Positions 48,759 to 63,420 of a DNA stretch of 64,000 nt are shown in pieces; positions within the stretch are counted from its first letter, which is position 1, and each line of letters begins with the position of its first letter. The DNA is from Octopus vulgaris (Eukaryota). A program made the position numbers and the translations under genes. The notes under the pieces are model-generated. The model ran no database searches. It saw only the letters and a program-made list of their open reading frames with translations, and was not told where the DNA came from. The stretch lies in the NCBI GenBank assembly GCA_951406725.2, contig OX597835.1, positions 31,248,001-31,312,000 on the forward strand, written 5' to 3'.

Positions 48759-48917
48759 TGGGTAATTTATAGAGGCCTTGGTCAATTTTCCCAAGTGCTG
48801 GCGGAAGAGAACTCAGATTTTTATATCACATATGTAGCTCTACACAGCTACATAACATGTGTGTGTGTGTGTCTGTGTGCGTTTCTCTCTGCGTGTGTTT
48901 GTGCGTGTATACATATA

Positions 48918-49143
48918 TTTCTTTACTACCCACAAGGGGCTAAACACAGAGAGGACAAACAAGGACAGACAAACGGAATAAGTTGATTATATCGACCCCA
49001 GTGCGTAACTGGTACTTAATTTATCGACCCCGAAAGGATGAAAGGCAAAGTCGACCTGGGCGGAATTTGAACTCAGAACGTAACGACAGACGAAATACGG
49101 CTACGCATTTCGCCCGGCGTGCAAACGTTTCTGCCAGCTCGCC
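48918..49143 (-). mobile_element. SINE family B, full length
   Basis: Reverse complement of the 40658 copy. Confidence 0.88.
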
Positions 49144-49619
49144 ACATAAACACATCGTATGAACAAGTGTGTGCGCTTTCCTACGTCTACTTTATATTAT
49201 TATACATATATTCATATAATATAAGTAAAATCGATTAATTCATTTTATTATTATTATTGTTGCTGTTATCATTCTTCCGTCACCCTTATTATTTTAAATA
49301 CGTTTCTAATTTGTTTTTCTATATTTTATGAAATTCAATCTCAATTACGAAGTTTTTAGACTTTTATTGAATCAAATATAAACAGACTATAAAATTATTG
49401 TGTGGATTAAATGTGTTTCGATGACACTATTTAAGTATTTATAAATAATGTGTGGTCATAGATTTTTCTCTCACTAAAAATCTCTGTCCACTTTTTACAT
49501 CTGTATTTTCTACTTGTAGGAAATTTTGTTGGCTAAACTTGTCTTCTAGTTCTGATTCTGTCTGTGTGTTTGTGTGCTTGTTTGTCTATTCAGCTGGGTA
49601 TTCAGCGACATGTTCTTTT

Positions 49620-49953
49620 TGTTTCAGTTGTTTCAGTTGTTGACTGCGGCCATGCCGGAGTACCGCCTTTAGTCGAGCAAATCAACCCCAGGACTTATTC
49701 CTTATGAGCCTAGTACTTATTCTACCTGAGTTCAAATTCTGTTAAGGTCGACTTTGTCTTTCATCCTTTCGGGGTCGATAAATTAAGTACCAATTACGCA
49801 CTGGGGTCGATATAATCGACTTAATCCGTTTGTCTGTCCTTGTTCGTCCTCTCTGCGTTTAGCCCCTTGTGGGTAGTAAAGAAATAGGTATATCTATTAA
49901 TATACCCGTGTACTTCCAGCATCGATTTTCAAGTGATGTTGGAGTGACAAACA

Positions 49954-49994
<41 letters not shown>

Positions 49995-50235
49995 CACACA
50001 CCCCCAGTGTTTCACTGGTACTTCATTTATCGATTCTGAAAGGATAAAATTCAAAGTCGACCTCGGCGGGATTTGAAAACAGAGCGTAAAGACGGAAGAA
50101 AAGCAGCTACATGTTTTACCCGCTGACCTAACGATTCTGCCGACTCACCGCCTTCGTAACATCGGTTTCAAATTTTGGCACAAAATTTGGGAGCCAGAAA
50201 ATTTAGGAGCCGGGTAAGATTACATCTACCCCAGT
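49620..50235. mobile_element. SINE cluster: A tail (49620-49725 -), B (49727-49888 +), B (50001-50153 -), B tail fragment
   Basis: Matches to the families above. Confidence 0.75.
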
Positions 50236-50309
50236 TATTACCCTGCCTTATGCAATATGCATATACACGCACATATATGTAAACATATACATATCTATCT
50301 ATACATACA

Positions 50310-50393
<84 letters not shown>

Positions 50394-50447
50394 CATCTAT
50401 CAATCTGTCTAGCTGTCTGTCTGTCTATCTATCTATCCGTATATATT

Positions 50448-50485
<38 letters not shown>

Positions 50486-51406
50486 TGCTTTCATGAGGAG
50501 CTGATTCGATGTTATTCCATCACATCGATAAGCTAGCACTCTTGATACACGTGTGGAGACTTCACAGTTTCGCAGCTCCGAGGCTCCGAGGCTCCGAGGA
50601 CACGATTATACTGCATGTATTATGTTTTGCTCTAAGATTTAGGCCTAGAAATGAAATGCAATGTCGTCCTTAAACCTCATATAGAGCGAACATGCAGCAA
50701 GAGCTTGACAAACATGTGGCTTTCGGGTAACCAGCCTCTTCGCACGATCTCCTGCCCCTAGGAATATGTGTATCTCTTCACGTCGGAGTTTGTCATTGTA
50801 TATTGTCATGCTGGTTTCTTGTATGTTCTGGTAAGAATGTCTGTCTTGTGTGCCGTCTTGTGTGCATGGAGCCGTTGGTTTCACGGACGTTCTTTGCTTT
50901 TGTTTTGTGTCAATGTGTTCATTTGGTGATTGGTTGAGGGATGTCGTTTCACTGTTTAAAACAGGGGTAATTACTCGAAGTGGAATAAAAATGAAATTCT
51001 TGAAGGTAATAAGGACACATTGGACATAACTAAAATTATATAAAAAAAACGCGTTCCTTGTTACGACAGAAATTTTTCTTCTGGCGTGAGGAGACAGTCA
51101 AAGAGTTGCTGCTTTCTGCAACAACCCTCCATTGCAAACAAGGACCCGAAAACTGTATCCAAATTGCTCTGGTATTTGTAATTGTAACAGAAATGAAACA
51201 ACATCATTTCTCCAAAACCTGAACTGAAAAGGTCTCTAGAAAAATCCTTTTCTTTCATAACGAGGGTATTCATATATTTTATCGCATTTGTTTCATACTT
51301 TTTATATTCATAATTGTATTCTTCATATAAATAGATTCAACAAACCTTCTGAATTCAAATAATCCATGATTTTCTTCCTTTCAAATCAAGGGGTTGACCT
51401 CGGCGT

Positions 51407-51751
51407 CGGAGTCGGAGACCCCCTTCGGTCACGAATGACCATGGGATTACACCTAGAAGGTTACCCTTCTAGGCACAAGTACGGGCAAGGTTGTTTATGG
51501 AGGACCAGCAGTCGCCCATACATACCGGCCTCCCTCCTCATGCCACCAGTGTTATCCAAAGGAAAAGCAAAGGGGCCGATACAGCTTGGCACCTGTGACG
51601 TCGCAACCCATTTCAACAGCTAAGTGAACTGGAGCAACGTGAAATAAAGTGTCTTGCTCAAGAACACAACACGCAGCCCGGTCCGGGATTCGTACTCACA
51701 ACATCCCGGTCGCAAGATCGACGCTCTAACCACTGAGCCATGCGCCTTCAC
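51407..51751 (-). mobile_element. tRNA-derived SINE, further family
   Basis: Head GTGAAGGCGCATGGCTCAGTGGTTAG...GTACGAATCCC, then TTCTTGAGCAAGACACTT; candidate TSD TCGGCGT (51400-06, 51753-59). Confidence 0.8.
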
Positions 51752-51994
51752 GTCGGCGTAACTAAATATATTTGGGGGTAATTGGTTAAAAAAGTTCTCC
51801 GACCCCTTGTTTCAAGGGTCTTTTGAGACTTTGGTTGAAGCTTTACCAGAATTACGGAGGCATCATATCTTGATTATCGTCCATGCATTTATTCATAGAC
51901 ACACACATAAACACATACGCACGCGCGCACATACACATAGACACACACAGACACAGACAGACAGACACACACACATTCATTCTGTTATTCTTCT

Positions 51995-52660
51995 ACTTGT
52001 TTCACTCAATGGACTGCGGCCGTGCTGGGGTACCGCCTTGAAGTATTTTAGTCGAATAAACCGACTCCCACCACCACCACCACTGCCAGAACTTTTTTTA
52101 TTTTTAAAACCTGATACTTATTCTATCAATATCTTTTTGCCGAACCGTTAAGTTACGGGGACGTAAACACACCAACACTGGTTGTCAAGCGATGGTGGTG
52201 GTGGTGGTGGTGGGACGAACACAGACACAAAGACACACACATATATATACACATATGCATATATAATCATACGACGGGCTTCTTTCAGTTTCCGTCTACC
52301 GAATCCATTCAAAAGTCTTTGGTCGGTCCGACTCTATAGAAGAAGACACTTGCCCAAGTTGCCACGCAATGGGATTGAACCCGGACCCATGCGATTGGGA
52401 AACAAGCTTCTTACCACACAGACACGCCTTATATGTATGTATATGTGTATGTATGCATGTCAACTGTAAATTGTTTTAATCATTAGATAGCGACCATGCT
52501 GGGGCAAAACTCTGATTAATTTTAGTCGAATGAATCGATGCCACTGATATTCTTGTTGAAGGATACTTATTCTATCGTTCACTTTCGCCGAACCGCTAAG
52601 TTATGAAGTTGTAAAGACACCGAAAGTGGTTATGAAGCTGTGATGGAGAACAAACGCAGA
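51995..52660 (-). mobile_element. SINE family A (51995-52430) plus a second 3' fragment (52480-52660)
   Basis: Collinear with the 105-506 copy. Confidence 0.8.
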
Positions 52661-53509
52661 CACTAAGTCAGAAAGACGCACTCTCACACGCACGCACACA
52701 CACACACACACACACGCACACACGTGCGATAGGTTGTTTTGCAGGTTTCATGTACCGAATTATCACACACATGAGGGAGAGAGAGGGAGAGAGAGGGAGA
52801 GAGAGGGAGAGAGAGAGAGTGAGAGAGTGAGAGAGACAGACAGACAGAAGGAGAAAGAGAAAGACAGAAAGAGAGAGAGAGAGAATGTAGACATTACTGA
52901 AAGTAGGTGGGCGTGGCTTTACAGACTGGAGGTGGAGCAAATATTCATTGTGACATGTGATAATACGAAAATGAGAAAGTAGGAGGAAAGAAGGCGAAAT
53001 AAGAATCGGAGACACTTTTGACCGATGCCGAAACTTCAGGAACAACCGAGAGACATTGGAAACCCTTCTGAGTCCACCGCAATATCTGCATCATTTATAC
53101 TTCACGTGAGTGAGGCAATGAGCAGTGAATTAGTATGTCTAGTAAGTTGACAGTCATCAATTCACTGTTTTTTTTTTCCACTGAAATAGTTTTCACCTGT
53201 TAATGGTGAGATACTATGGGGTTATTTTCTCGGTAAATTTTCCTTGCGGTGGGATTTACCTAACGGTGAATAGATGGAGATGAACTTACCTGTAGTCGTG
53301 AATTTACCTTTGTCCGAGTAACGGTTTCACCTGTGGTCAGCCACACACAACTTGAGCTGGTTTCACCTGCTGTGTTTTATTTCCTTGGTGGATTTATTTA
53401 GTCGTTTGTGTTCCAAGCAAATCCCCTGCAGATAAAAAAAAAACAAATTAATAGTGCACCAATCTTGCTAGAAAACTGCATTCGTTGACTTCATACCGAA
53501 CCTTACCGA

Positions 53510-53731
53510 CACATATGGGCCAGTTTCCCGGTTTCCATGGTGTATTTATTCCCCACCTCGATGGGGCGCCGGTCCGTCGCAGGGTTGCTCCTTTTTGTCA
53601 GCTGAGTGGGCTGGGGCAACCTAAAATGAAGTCGTTCGCTCAAAACCATGACGTGTCACCCGATCCACAAAGCGAAATCACAATCTTATGATCAAGAGCC
53701 CACACCCCTAACCACTAAGCCACGTGCATTT
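53510..53731 (-). mobile_element. Diverged tRNA-derived SINE with V-domain-like tail
   Basis: Head GTGGCTTAGTGGTTAGG; tail CCTGCGACGGACCGGCGCCCCATCGAGGTGGGGAA...CGGGAAACTGGCCC, shared with the 63518 copy. Confidence 0.7.
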
Positions 53732-55055
53732 ACAATAAGGTATGAGGCCGTGCGCCATCCCTTGACAAAAGTCCCATCGATTAAATCCTGATGTGTGGAT
53801 TTCACTTGCAAGCGGCAAACATCGGGTCTGTTCTCACAGGCCACTATAATCTCAAACAAGATAATTATTTTTGCAGTCCTGGAAGGCAGGAATAGATCTG
53901 TTCGAAGTGATGTTACCGCCATTCATTCTAGGAAGATGAGTCTTGTTTACTTCCGGTTCAAATGCTTCTCCCAGTCTGACGTAAAATGCAAAATAGAAAA
54001 CGAGTCCTCTACTTTCACTTTCGACTTAATAATACTGTCATGTTCCTTTAGGGATCTGTAACCCTTGGATGGTGTTGGCTGCTGTTTGCTAGTCTTAACT
54101 CTTTGCAGGCTTGTCCATTTGTTGGCATTTTCAAGGATATTTTCATGAGCCACCACCCCTCCCATAGACAAACACACACACACACACAGGTGTCGGCATT
54201 CTTTCAGCGCCCTGATTGGGTCTTCCTTTTGCTACATGTTTTAAATCTATTTGGTATTGGCAATACATATACGTTATAAATTAAACTCTCTATTGGCTCT
54301 ATAACCCACCACACTATCTATTTACCTTTGATCCACGCATTGTGTGTGTATATACATATATATATATATATATATATGTGTGTGGTGTGTGTGTGTGTGC
54401 GCGCGCATGTGTGTGTGTATGTATATGTATGCCTGTGTATGTATGTATATATATATATATACACTCATATATATGCATATACATACACACACACACACAT
54501 ATAGACATGCACAACGCATACTAATATACGTAAATATATACGTACATGTATGTATATATATAGATGTGTGTGTGTGTTTGTGTGTGTGTGCAAATGAAGG
54601 TGTGTTGGAGTGAGATAAGAGGGCCAGTAGGGGTCCTTTCAGTGAGTTGGTCGAGTGAGCCATTTCTTTCGAAGGAGAAAAATTGAGAGAGAATAATTTG
54701 ATATAAGATATAACGTATGCGTAAGAGCGAGAGAGAAAGAGAGAGGAAGAGAGAATGGGGAGAGAGAAAGAGGGAGAAGAGAGAGAGAGACAAAGAGAGA
54801 GACAGGGATGTGAAAGAGTATGATTGCATGTGTGCGTGTATGTGTGTATAAATGTATGGTGCATGTGTGTGTATGTGCGTGTGTGTGTAATTTAGGGATA
54901 TAAGCAGCACCCATATATATATGTGTGTGTGTGTGTATGCGTGCGTGGGAGCACTTCTGTGTATGTGTGTGTGTGTATGAGTGTGCGAGCACTTGTGTGT
55001 CTGTGTGAGTGCGATCGCTTGTGTGGCTGTAGTTTATGGATGAAAGCAACGGTCA

Positions 55056-55099
<44 letters not shown>

Positions 55100-55142
55100 T
55101 GCTGAGGAAGGTAAAGTTAGATGATAATATGTGTCACGTAAG

Positions 55143-55183
<41 letters not shown>

Positions 55184-55331
55184 AATAGAAAAGGTGGTGA
55201 AGAGAAAGTGAGAGATAGAGAGAGAGAGAGAGATATATACAGAGACAGTGAGAGAGACTGCGAGGAATGAAAGAATGAGAAAACCCAAAAGTGAGAAAGC
55301 CAAAGTGAAATCTATGTGTGTGTGTGTTTCT

Positions 55332-55446
<115 letters not shown>

Positions 55447-56231
55447 TGAGTGCGCGTGTGTGTCTTTTGGTGCTGGTTAGTCTTAATGTGTACTGATGGA
55501 GTTCCAGCCATGACCAACCTATCGTATCGTGAGACAGTTTCGTGGTTTTTATTTTTCTTTCGTTTTAGGTAGAGGGACATCTGGCTGGTTTTTCCAGCAG
55601 ATCGAGCGAAAAAGGAAATGGAACATATACACACACACTCACACACACACACTCACATACAGGTCTCCATTTAAATAATCTGTGAACAAAACTTTAGGCT
55701 TTTGCCTCACGCATATAGTTAGCCATTTCATACTATACGCATGCAATTACAGATGTATGTATGTATGTATGTATATATGTATGTATGTATGCATGCATGC
55801 AAGCATGCATGTATGTATGCATGTATGTATGTATGTATGTATGTATGTATGTATGTATGTATGTATGAATGTATGTGTGTGTGTGTATTTTTGTAGGTAT
55901 ACATGTATATATTCATGTATATACGTGCGTATGTATATATCCATGTTTGAATGTCACACACACACACATACACACAAACACATAGATGTATTTGGAATGA
56001 GAGAGAGAGAGAGAGAGAGAGAAACGAGATAAGGAGAGAGAGGGCGAGAGCGTGAGAGAGGGAATAAGTGAGAAGATGTGTTTGGAATAAGAGAGAGAGA
56101 AAGAGAGAGGGAGAGAGCATGAGAGAGGGAATAAGTGAGAAGGTGAAAGAGAAGGAAGACACGCGCGGGAGAGACAGAGCGAGAGACACTGGCGGAGACA
56201 AAAAGACAATTGTTTTGAAGGCGATACATAG

Positions 56232-56265
<34 letters not shown>

Positions 56266-56329
56266 AGGGGGGTAGATAGATAGATAGAGAGAGATATATA
56301 TATAAAGGGAGAGAAAGTTAGCTAGATAA

Positions 56330-56411
<82 letters not shown>

Positions 56412-57188
56412 CGATAGACAGATAGATAGAGAGAGAGAGAGACAGAGAGAGACAGAGAAACAGAGACGAAGTCGAGATGGGATAAAATAGAAGGGGAGTA
56501 ACGAAAGAAAAAGGTGGTGGCAGAGATGTGGTAGGAGTAGATGAAATAAGTAGAATAGGCGTGGTTTACAAACTTCTGCAAAATAAGCGAGAGAAAGAGA
56601 GTGTATAAAACGTATTATAGAGAGTTGTAGGGAGAGTTGGGGAAATAGGGTGAAGGGTGAGGCAGAGTAGTTTTAAAGGGTGAAGAAAGTATTACCGAAA
56701 AGAGGGAGTGAGTAGTATAGACTGATAGATAAAGAGAGAGAACGAGCGAGTGAGAGAAAGAGAGAGAAAAAGAGAGTAAAAATAATAGGCGTGGTTAAAG
56801 TCCACGCACTTATAATATCACCATTAAGAGCGATGGGGGCTGCTCTTAAGTGATGACGTCAGCTGAAACGTATGAATGAGCAAGGAGGTGTGGCTATAGA
56901 TAGGAATTACGGCTAATCGTAATGGATAGTGTATGTATATTTTGTGAATATACGCTTGTATGTGTATCTATCTATTTATGTACATACATATATATATACA
57001 CAAAGCATGTACGTATCTATTTATCTATAGATACGTAAAACTATATATTGCATGAGTAAGCGGCTTCCTACCGAATTACCTGGTTCCGGACAAGTATCTT
57101 AGCCTTTACTCCTGATATATATATGACATGCTTCTTTCAGTTTCCGTTTATCAAGACTTCTCCCCCCCACACACACACACATATATAC

Positions 57189-57775
57189 ATGCTCGAAATG
57201 AGGAGAGATAGACTGCCGACAGCTGATGAAGGGTCGTTGGATCTTTTCTGTTTGAACGGCAGTTTTTAAAAATAATTTCTAGGTAAATAAAAAAATTTAA
57301 ACTTCGTATACTGGTAGAATGTGTTTATTAAACATCTTTTTCTCTTGGTTTTATTGAGAAAATTCTATACTTTGTAAGATATTTGTTGTTGTTTTTTCTT
57401 CAATTTCTGCAGTTTCAACCAATCAATGACGTCTATTCAAGGTGAAAACATTCTGTGCCGTATGAATATGTCCCTCGTTTAAGAAACAGATTGGGTTTAT
57501 TTACATTTCTGAAGAAAAAAAGATACCCTTCCCCCACCCCTAACCCTAACCCTAAAACAGATTGAAATGCAATAGATCGATACTAGGGTCATAATTATGG
57601 GTGACAATTTCATATGACACCGCTAGAAAAAACTGCCGTTCAAACCAAAATCATCCGGGTCGTTCTCTGTGACACTTTTCCTGTTTTCCCATTTTTTCTC
57701 TCGTTGTTTGCGTATTTAACTTGATTGTTTTCGTACTTCATGTTGCTCACACAGTTGGTGACGTCCTATACCCAT
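57189..57775 (+). mobile_element. Family E short repeat, split by a MITE
   Basis: ATGCTCGAAATGAGGAG...GACAGCTGATGAAGGGTC resumes after 57664; homologous to 58200-58343 and 58470-58607. Confidence 0.7.
57239..57656. mobile_element. MITE with ~28-bp TIRs, 8-bp TSD and internal (CCCTAA)3
   Basis: Left end GGATCTTTTCTGTTTGAACGGCAGTTTTT, right end AAAAACTGCCGTTCAAACCAAAATCATCC; TSD GGGTCGTT at 57231-38 and 57657-64. Confidence 0.88.
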
Positions 57776-57794
57776 AGATGCATATGTATATATA

Positions 57795-57878
<84 letters not shown>

Positions 57879-58146
57879 TGTGTGTGTGTGGTGTATTATA
57901 TATATCTCTTATAAAATCGTTCTGTCTGTCTGTGTGTGTGTCTTCTAGGATCTCGGGCATCCTCCATCTGATGGCGATCGATACTACACGTACACGAGAA
58001 AAATGCACGGTGTCTCAAACTTACGTTAAATCAGTGTTTCTCAAAGGGGAGGCCTATGGGACGGTCGGACAAGTTGTTTTGATAAAATTTGGTTTAAATG
58101 TTTGACAACTCAGCACCGTCCATTGGACGGGGAGGGCGTTTTGCTC

Positions 58147-58197
<51 letters not shown>

Positions 58198-58199
58198 TA

Positions 58200-58607
<408 letters not shown>

Positions 58608-58615
58608 ATATACAT

Positions 58616-58653
<38 letters not shown>

Positions 58654-59374
58654 CGAGAGAGAGAGAGAGATATGAGAGAGATACATATACGTATGTGTGT
58701 GTGTGTGTGAGTGTGTGTGTGTACACGCATGTCTATAGATTTATTGTTTGCAATGAATGGGTTGTGTTCAGGATGGGTAACCATTTCTTGTTTTTCCTTT
58801 AATTCGATGCACCGGTTTTGGTGTCTACTGAAACGAGTGTATAGTTCTAGTTCTTTGAATACCATCTGCTCCTGTTGTTATTGTAGCCGTAGTGTGGTAG
58901 AGGAGGTGGTAGTTGGTTGTAGTGGTATTGTTGGTGGGCGGTTGATGTTGATTGTGTTGGTGGTAGTCTTGGTGGTGGTAATATTGGTAGTGGTAGAGGT
59001 GTTGGCTGTGGTGGTGCTGGTGGTAGCGGTGGTGGTTGTGGTGTAGGTGGTAGTGGTGTAGGTGTTAGTGGTGTTGGTGGTAGCGGCGGTAATGATAGTA
59101 ATCGTGCCGGAGAGTGTGGAGGTTGTTATTGTGTTGGTAACTGTAGTAGTGATGGTAGTGGTGTTGGTAGTAGCGGTGTTGGTTGTAGCGGTGGTAATGA
59201 TAGTAATCGTGCCGGGGAGTGTGGTGGTGGTGGTGGTGGTGATGGTGGTGACTGCGATATTGGTGCTTGTGACAGTAGTGGTGGTAGTGGCGACGCTGGG
59301 TGTCGAACCGACGGCGCGATCTAGCTGATACAAAACCTGCAACTTCGTTTGTATCCATCCATGTTGACTAGTTC

Positions 59375-59428
<54 letters not shown>

Positions 59429-59750
59429 TTAACCCTGTTCAAGGTCTTTCCTCACTTTAAAAATCTCCAGGCACTTTAAAAATCTCCAAGCATGTTTCTG
59501 TTCCGTGTTCCATATATTGGCTGCCGTAGACGAAAAAATATAGCACCCAATGAAAAATTCTTTGATAGTATGAAAGCATATTTCTATGTGGGTGGCAAGA
59601 TCTCTGAATAGTTGCTGCAAGAGACGCCTAGCATTGCCACATCTGTGCAAAAGCATGTAGTTCCCTAGCAGGACTGAAAAGACACATATGGTCTGCTTTA
59701 AGAGAACAATCAAAGAACGGTAAAACTTAGCGTAGAGCTGCAGCCGCCAT

Positions 59751-59754
<4 letters not shown>

Positions 59755-59784
<30 letters not shown>

Positions 59785-60245
59785 TGTATGTATGTATATA
59801 TGTATGTATGTATGTATGCGTGTATACATGCATGTATGTATGTATGTATGTATGTATGTAGCTATGTATCTATGTATGTTTGTATGTATGAATGCATGTA
59901 TGTATGTATGCATGCATGTATGTATGCATGTATATATGTAGCATATATGTATGTAGCTATGTATCTATGTATGTTTGTATGTATGAATGCATGTATGCAT
60001 GTATGCATGCATGTATGTATGCATGTATGTTTGTATTATGTATGTATGCATGTATGTATGTATGCATGTATGTATGCATGTATGCATGTATGTATGCATG
60101 TATGTATGTATGTATGTATGTATGTATGTATGTATGTACGTATGCATGCATGTATGCATGTATGTGTACATGTATGTATGTATGCATGTATGTATGTATG
60201 CATGCATGCATGTATGCATGTATGTATGCATGTATGTATGTATGT
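59755..60245. repeat. (TATG)n/(CATG) microsatellite array
   Basis: Directly visible. Confidence 0.95.
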
Positions 60246-60596
60246 CATGATTCAGTTTTATTTCAAGATTTCTTGGCAATAGAGAAAGAACCAGTTTCTA
60301 AGCTAGATCCAAAGCTCTTTCATTGGAATTTCAACAACATCAGCAGGGTATTTTTGTATGTATATATGTATGTATGTATGTATGGATACATGTTTGTATG
60401 TATATATGCAGATTTGTATGTTTTGTTTAATGTATATATATTTAATGCTTATGTATTCTCATGCATATAGTTGCATGTCTAGACATGTTCACGTATACTT
60501 AAATGTTTTACAGACTTTTACAGTTCCAGAGGTAGCTTGGTATGTATGTATGTATGTATGTATGTATGTATGTATGTATGTATGTATGTATGTATG

Positions 60597-60900
60597 TGTC
60601 ATCTTCGTAGTCATAAAGCGAGACAGACGAGTGACAACCTGACCACTGGTAGTGGTGTTAATCATATCTGTCGGGCATGTGGAAGAGAGTGTAATTCGGC
60701 AGGAGGACATAAACGACATGCAAAGGTACATGAAGCCCAGTTACAACTACAGCCGGCTATTACCGGTAAAGGTTGTTGCCAATTCTGTACAAGACATTGT
60801 AGATCTTTAGCTGGGCTAAAAAGTCACATTCGATCACAGCACCAGTAACAGTTAAGCTTTGTGCAATGGCCGTACTCGATAACGAGGGGGCAGCCATAAT
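60597..60900 (+). mobile_element. 3' end of an RTE-like LINE (two C2H2-type fingers, short 3'UTR, (TATG)n tail)
   Basis: CRACGRECNSAGGHKRHAKVH and CQFCTRHCRSLAGLKSHIRSQH, then a stop, a ~50-bp UTR and TATG repeats; the GLxSHxR finger is typical of RTE C-termini. Confidence 0.7.
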
Positions 60901-60929
60901 GTATGTATGTATGTATGTACGTACGTACG

Positions 60930-63420
60930 TATGTCTCTTCAATTTTTTAATTACCATAAATCTTCCACTGAGGAGGGAACCGGTTTTCAACAAAGATGCA
61001 AGGCTCCATCTTTGGGATGTAGTTAACACAGACATTTGGAACTTGAGAAAAGTCTTGCATATTTTTACTGTCCTACTCACAGATTCGACTTGTAATGTAC
61101 GAATTGGTCAGTCAGTTACTCTTTCTGAAAATCCCAGTTGATCCAGATTCTCCTCTATGCATTTACTAACAAAACCTAGTGCTACAATTATTATTGGTAT
61201 GAATATGAATTCATAGTCTTGATGTAGCAGCTGGAGGTTCCGAAGCAGTTGTTCATAGATATCCTCTTTTTCTTCGATTTTCATAGAGATATGTATTCTA
61301 CACGGCAGCTAACTTCTGTGATAATACATACCTTTGCCGCTCAGTCCAAGACCGCAATATCCGGTCAGTTATGCTTACATTTGACATACTTTTTCATGGG
61401 AATATTCCACCAATATTCCTTGAGTTGGTGTTTATGACAGAGGGATTTTCTAAGTTTATTTCGGGACAGTCTTGCACGCAGATGGCAATGTAAATTGTTT
61501 TAGCAACAACATCGTACCGCATAGGGAGGTAGTACCGTGACGGCATTTTAGTACAGATGCTAATCACATGCGTACTGTCTTCCACAGAAACATGACATAT
61601 CCTACACATGCGGTTGCATCTTAGAATTACAAGAGCATCACTGTCTCTCTTGTTCACTAGGTACTGTGTGGCAATCTCCTGTTCCTGGATTGCAAAACGC
61701 ATAATCTTGAAAGTGTGATGTGATGTAGTGGTCTTGTGTCCAACAGAGGCTGCGCTTTGTGTCAATTCTACTGTCTTCTTCAAGCTTATGGCAACATACC
61801 CATGCATGGTCGTTTTTTCTTTTCTATGCTGAGTGCTTTCCATCCAGGTCTTCCCTGAAGTAAGAGAACCCAGCTGATTTGAGGCTGTATAAGAGATCTT
61901 CAGGAACAAAGTGTTTCTTGAGCAGCTAACTACCAACTTGTGCAATGTTACTCACTTCACTTTTCAGGACTGCATTAATATATTTATTTTTGCTGCTGTT
62001 GTTTAGCAGGTGCTACCTGAGTGATACCATACGACATTCGAAGACCGTCTGCACTGATCTCAGGCCTCTAACACCTTCATTTCTTCTTAGGTAGAGCCTG
62101 TCAACATCACTGTTTCTGTGGAAGTTCCCAGTTTTTCTCAAGATATTGCGGGTTTTGATATCTATGGAGTGGATTTCCTCTACAGACCAATCAAGTATCC
62201 CAAATGTTGGGATCAGTACTGTAAATGCATTGTGGGATATTGTAAGAGGAGAGTTCCGACTGCTATATCTTCCCAAGTCTGGTGTAATATTCTCGGGTCA
62301 CCCTATCTTTATTCAAAGGGCCTTCATTTGATACCTTTTCATTTATGTCTAGGTACTTGTAACATTCTTTGTGTGGAATGGGGGAGATAGAGAGACTGTT
62401 GATGCACAGGTTTTGGGTTTGGGAGACTGACTTTCCTCGTTCTATTACCAAATATGAACATTTCTTTTGGCCAAATTCCATACCTATATCAGCTGAAAAC
62501 GCTATTAATTGCAGCTGTTTTTTTTGTTTTTTGGCATTTTTAACACTTTTAGCATAAATCTTGAGGTCGTCTACAAAGAAGTTATGAGTTACATTGATAT
62601 TTCTGGCAGTTGAAGATCCTAGCATGTAGCCATTTATTTTCTGCAGTAGGAACGATAATGGATTCAGTGCCAAAATGAAAAGAAGTACAGAAAGACTATC
62701 TCCCTGGAATATTCCCTTTGTAATGCTTTTACTATTAGAAACAATTATTCTGTTCCAAGTTGTAAGCCTAAGAATAGTTTTCTATATCTTTGTGAGTCTC
62801 TCTCTCTCTCTATAGCAGCAATTAAGGTAGTAGGTGCCTTTGCTAGATGTAGGCACTTCAACAGCCATGAATGAGAGATAGAGTCGAATGCCTTCTTATA
62901 GTCAAGCCAAACTGTCACAAGGTTTCTGTGTTGTTTTCGTATTTCAAACAGTTCAGCTTTGTATATTAAAAGTTGTTCGGCACATCTCCACACTCCCTTC
63001 TTCCCTCCAGCCTGTTCATCAATCACAATGTTGTTCGACACAAAATGGCCCCGGAAGAATCGGTTGAAGCAACATGCCTACAGTTTGTACATGATGTCTA
63101 GGCAAGCAATGGGCCTGTAGTTTCCTGCCATCTCGGTGATTTCATTTTTGGCAACAAGATCTGTCCTCGCTCTAGCAAGCCAATTTGGCATATCAGTCTG
63201 AGCTTCCATAGTCCTTTTGAACATACATATCAATTGGTTTTTATAAAATGTCAGCTTCTTGTACGAATATCCAACTATTAGGTCCCTTCCAGGTGCCTTC
63301 CCATTCTGCAGTTTGCCTACTGCTATAGCGAAGGTTTCTGCATCAATTTTGTATATTTTACTGTTAGTGTTGGTAGAGTATTCTCTCTCAATTGTATTTA
63401 ACCATTATGCATTCAGGTTG
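60930..63420 (-). mobile_element. Old, frameshifted R4/Dong-like LINE (RT, CCHC, REL)
   Basis: EQAGGKKG...EQLLI, WLDYKKAFDSISHSWL, GIFQGDSLS, FFVDDLKIYA, IGMEFGQKKC, FHRNSDVDRLYLRR.EG.RGL and CRICHVSVEDSTHVISIC are spread across several frames. Confidence 0.9.

Noticed and set aside
56824-56872. Hairpin followed by GTGATGA...GAAACGTA resembling a hammerhead
   Set aside because: C3 is missing, there is no stem II pairing, and no compatible stem I/III arrangement exists.
58878-59342. Thr-rich mucin-like 154-aa ORF
   Set aside because: Degenerate (GGT)n with a local duplication; no clear start or splice support.
60597-60848. Host C2H2 zinc-finger gene
   Set aside because: No TGEKP linkers; motif style, short UTR and tandem-repeat tail fit an RTE-like LINE 3' end.
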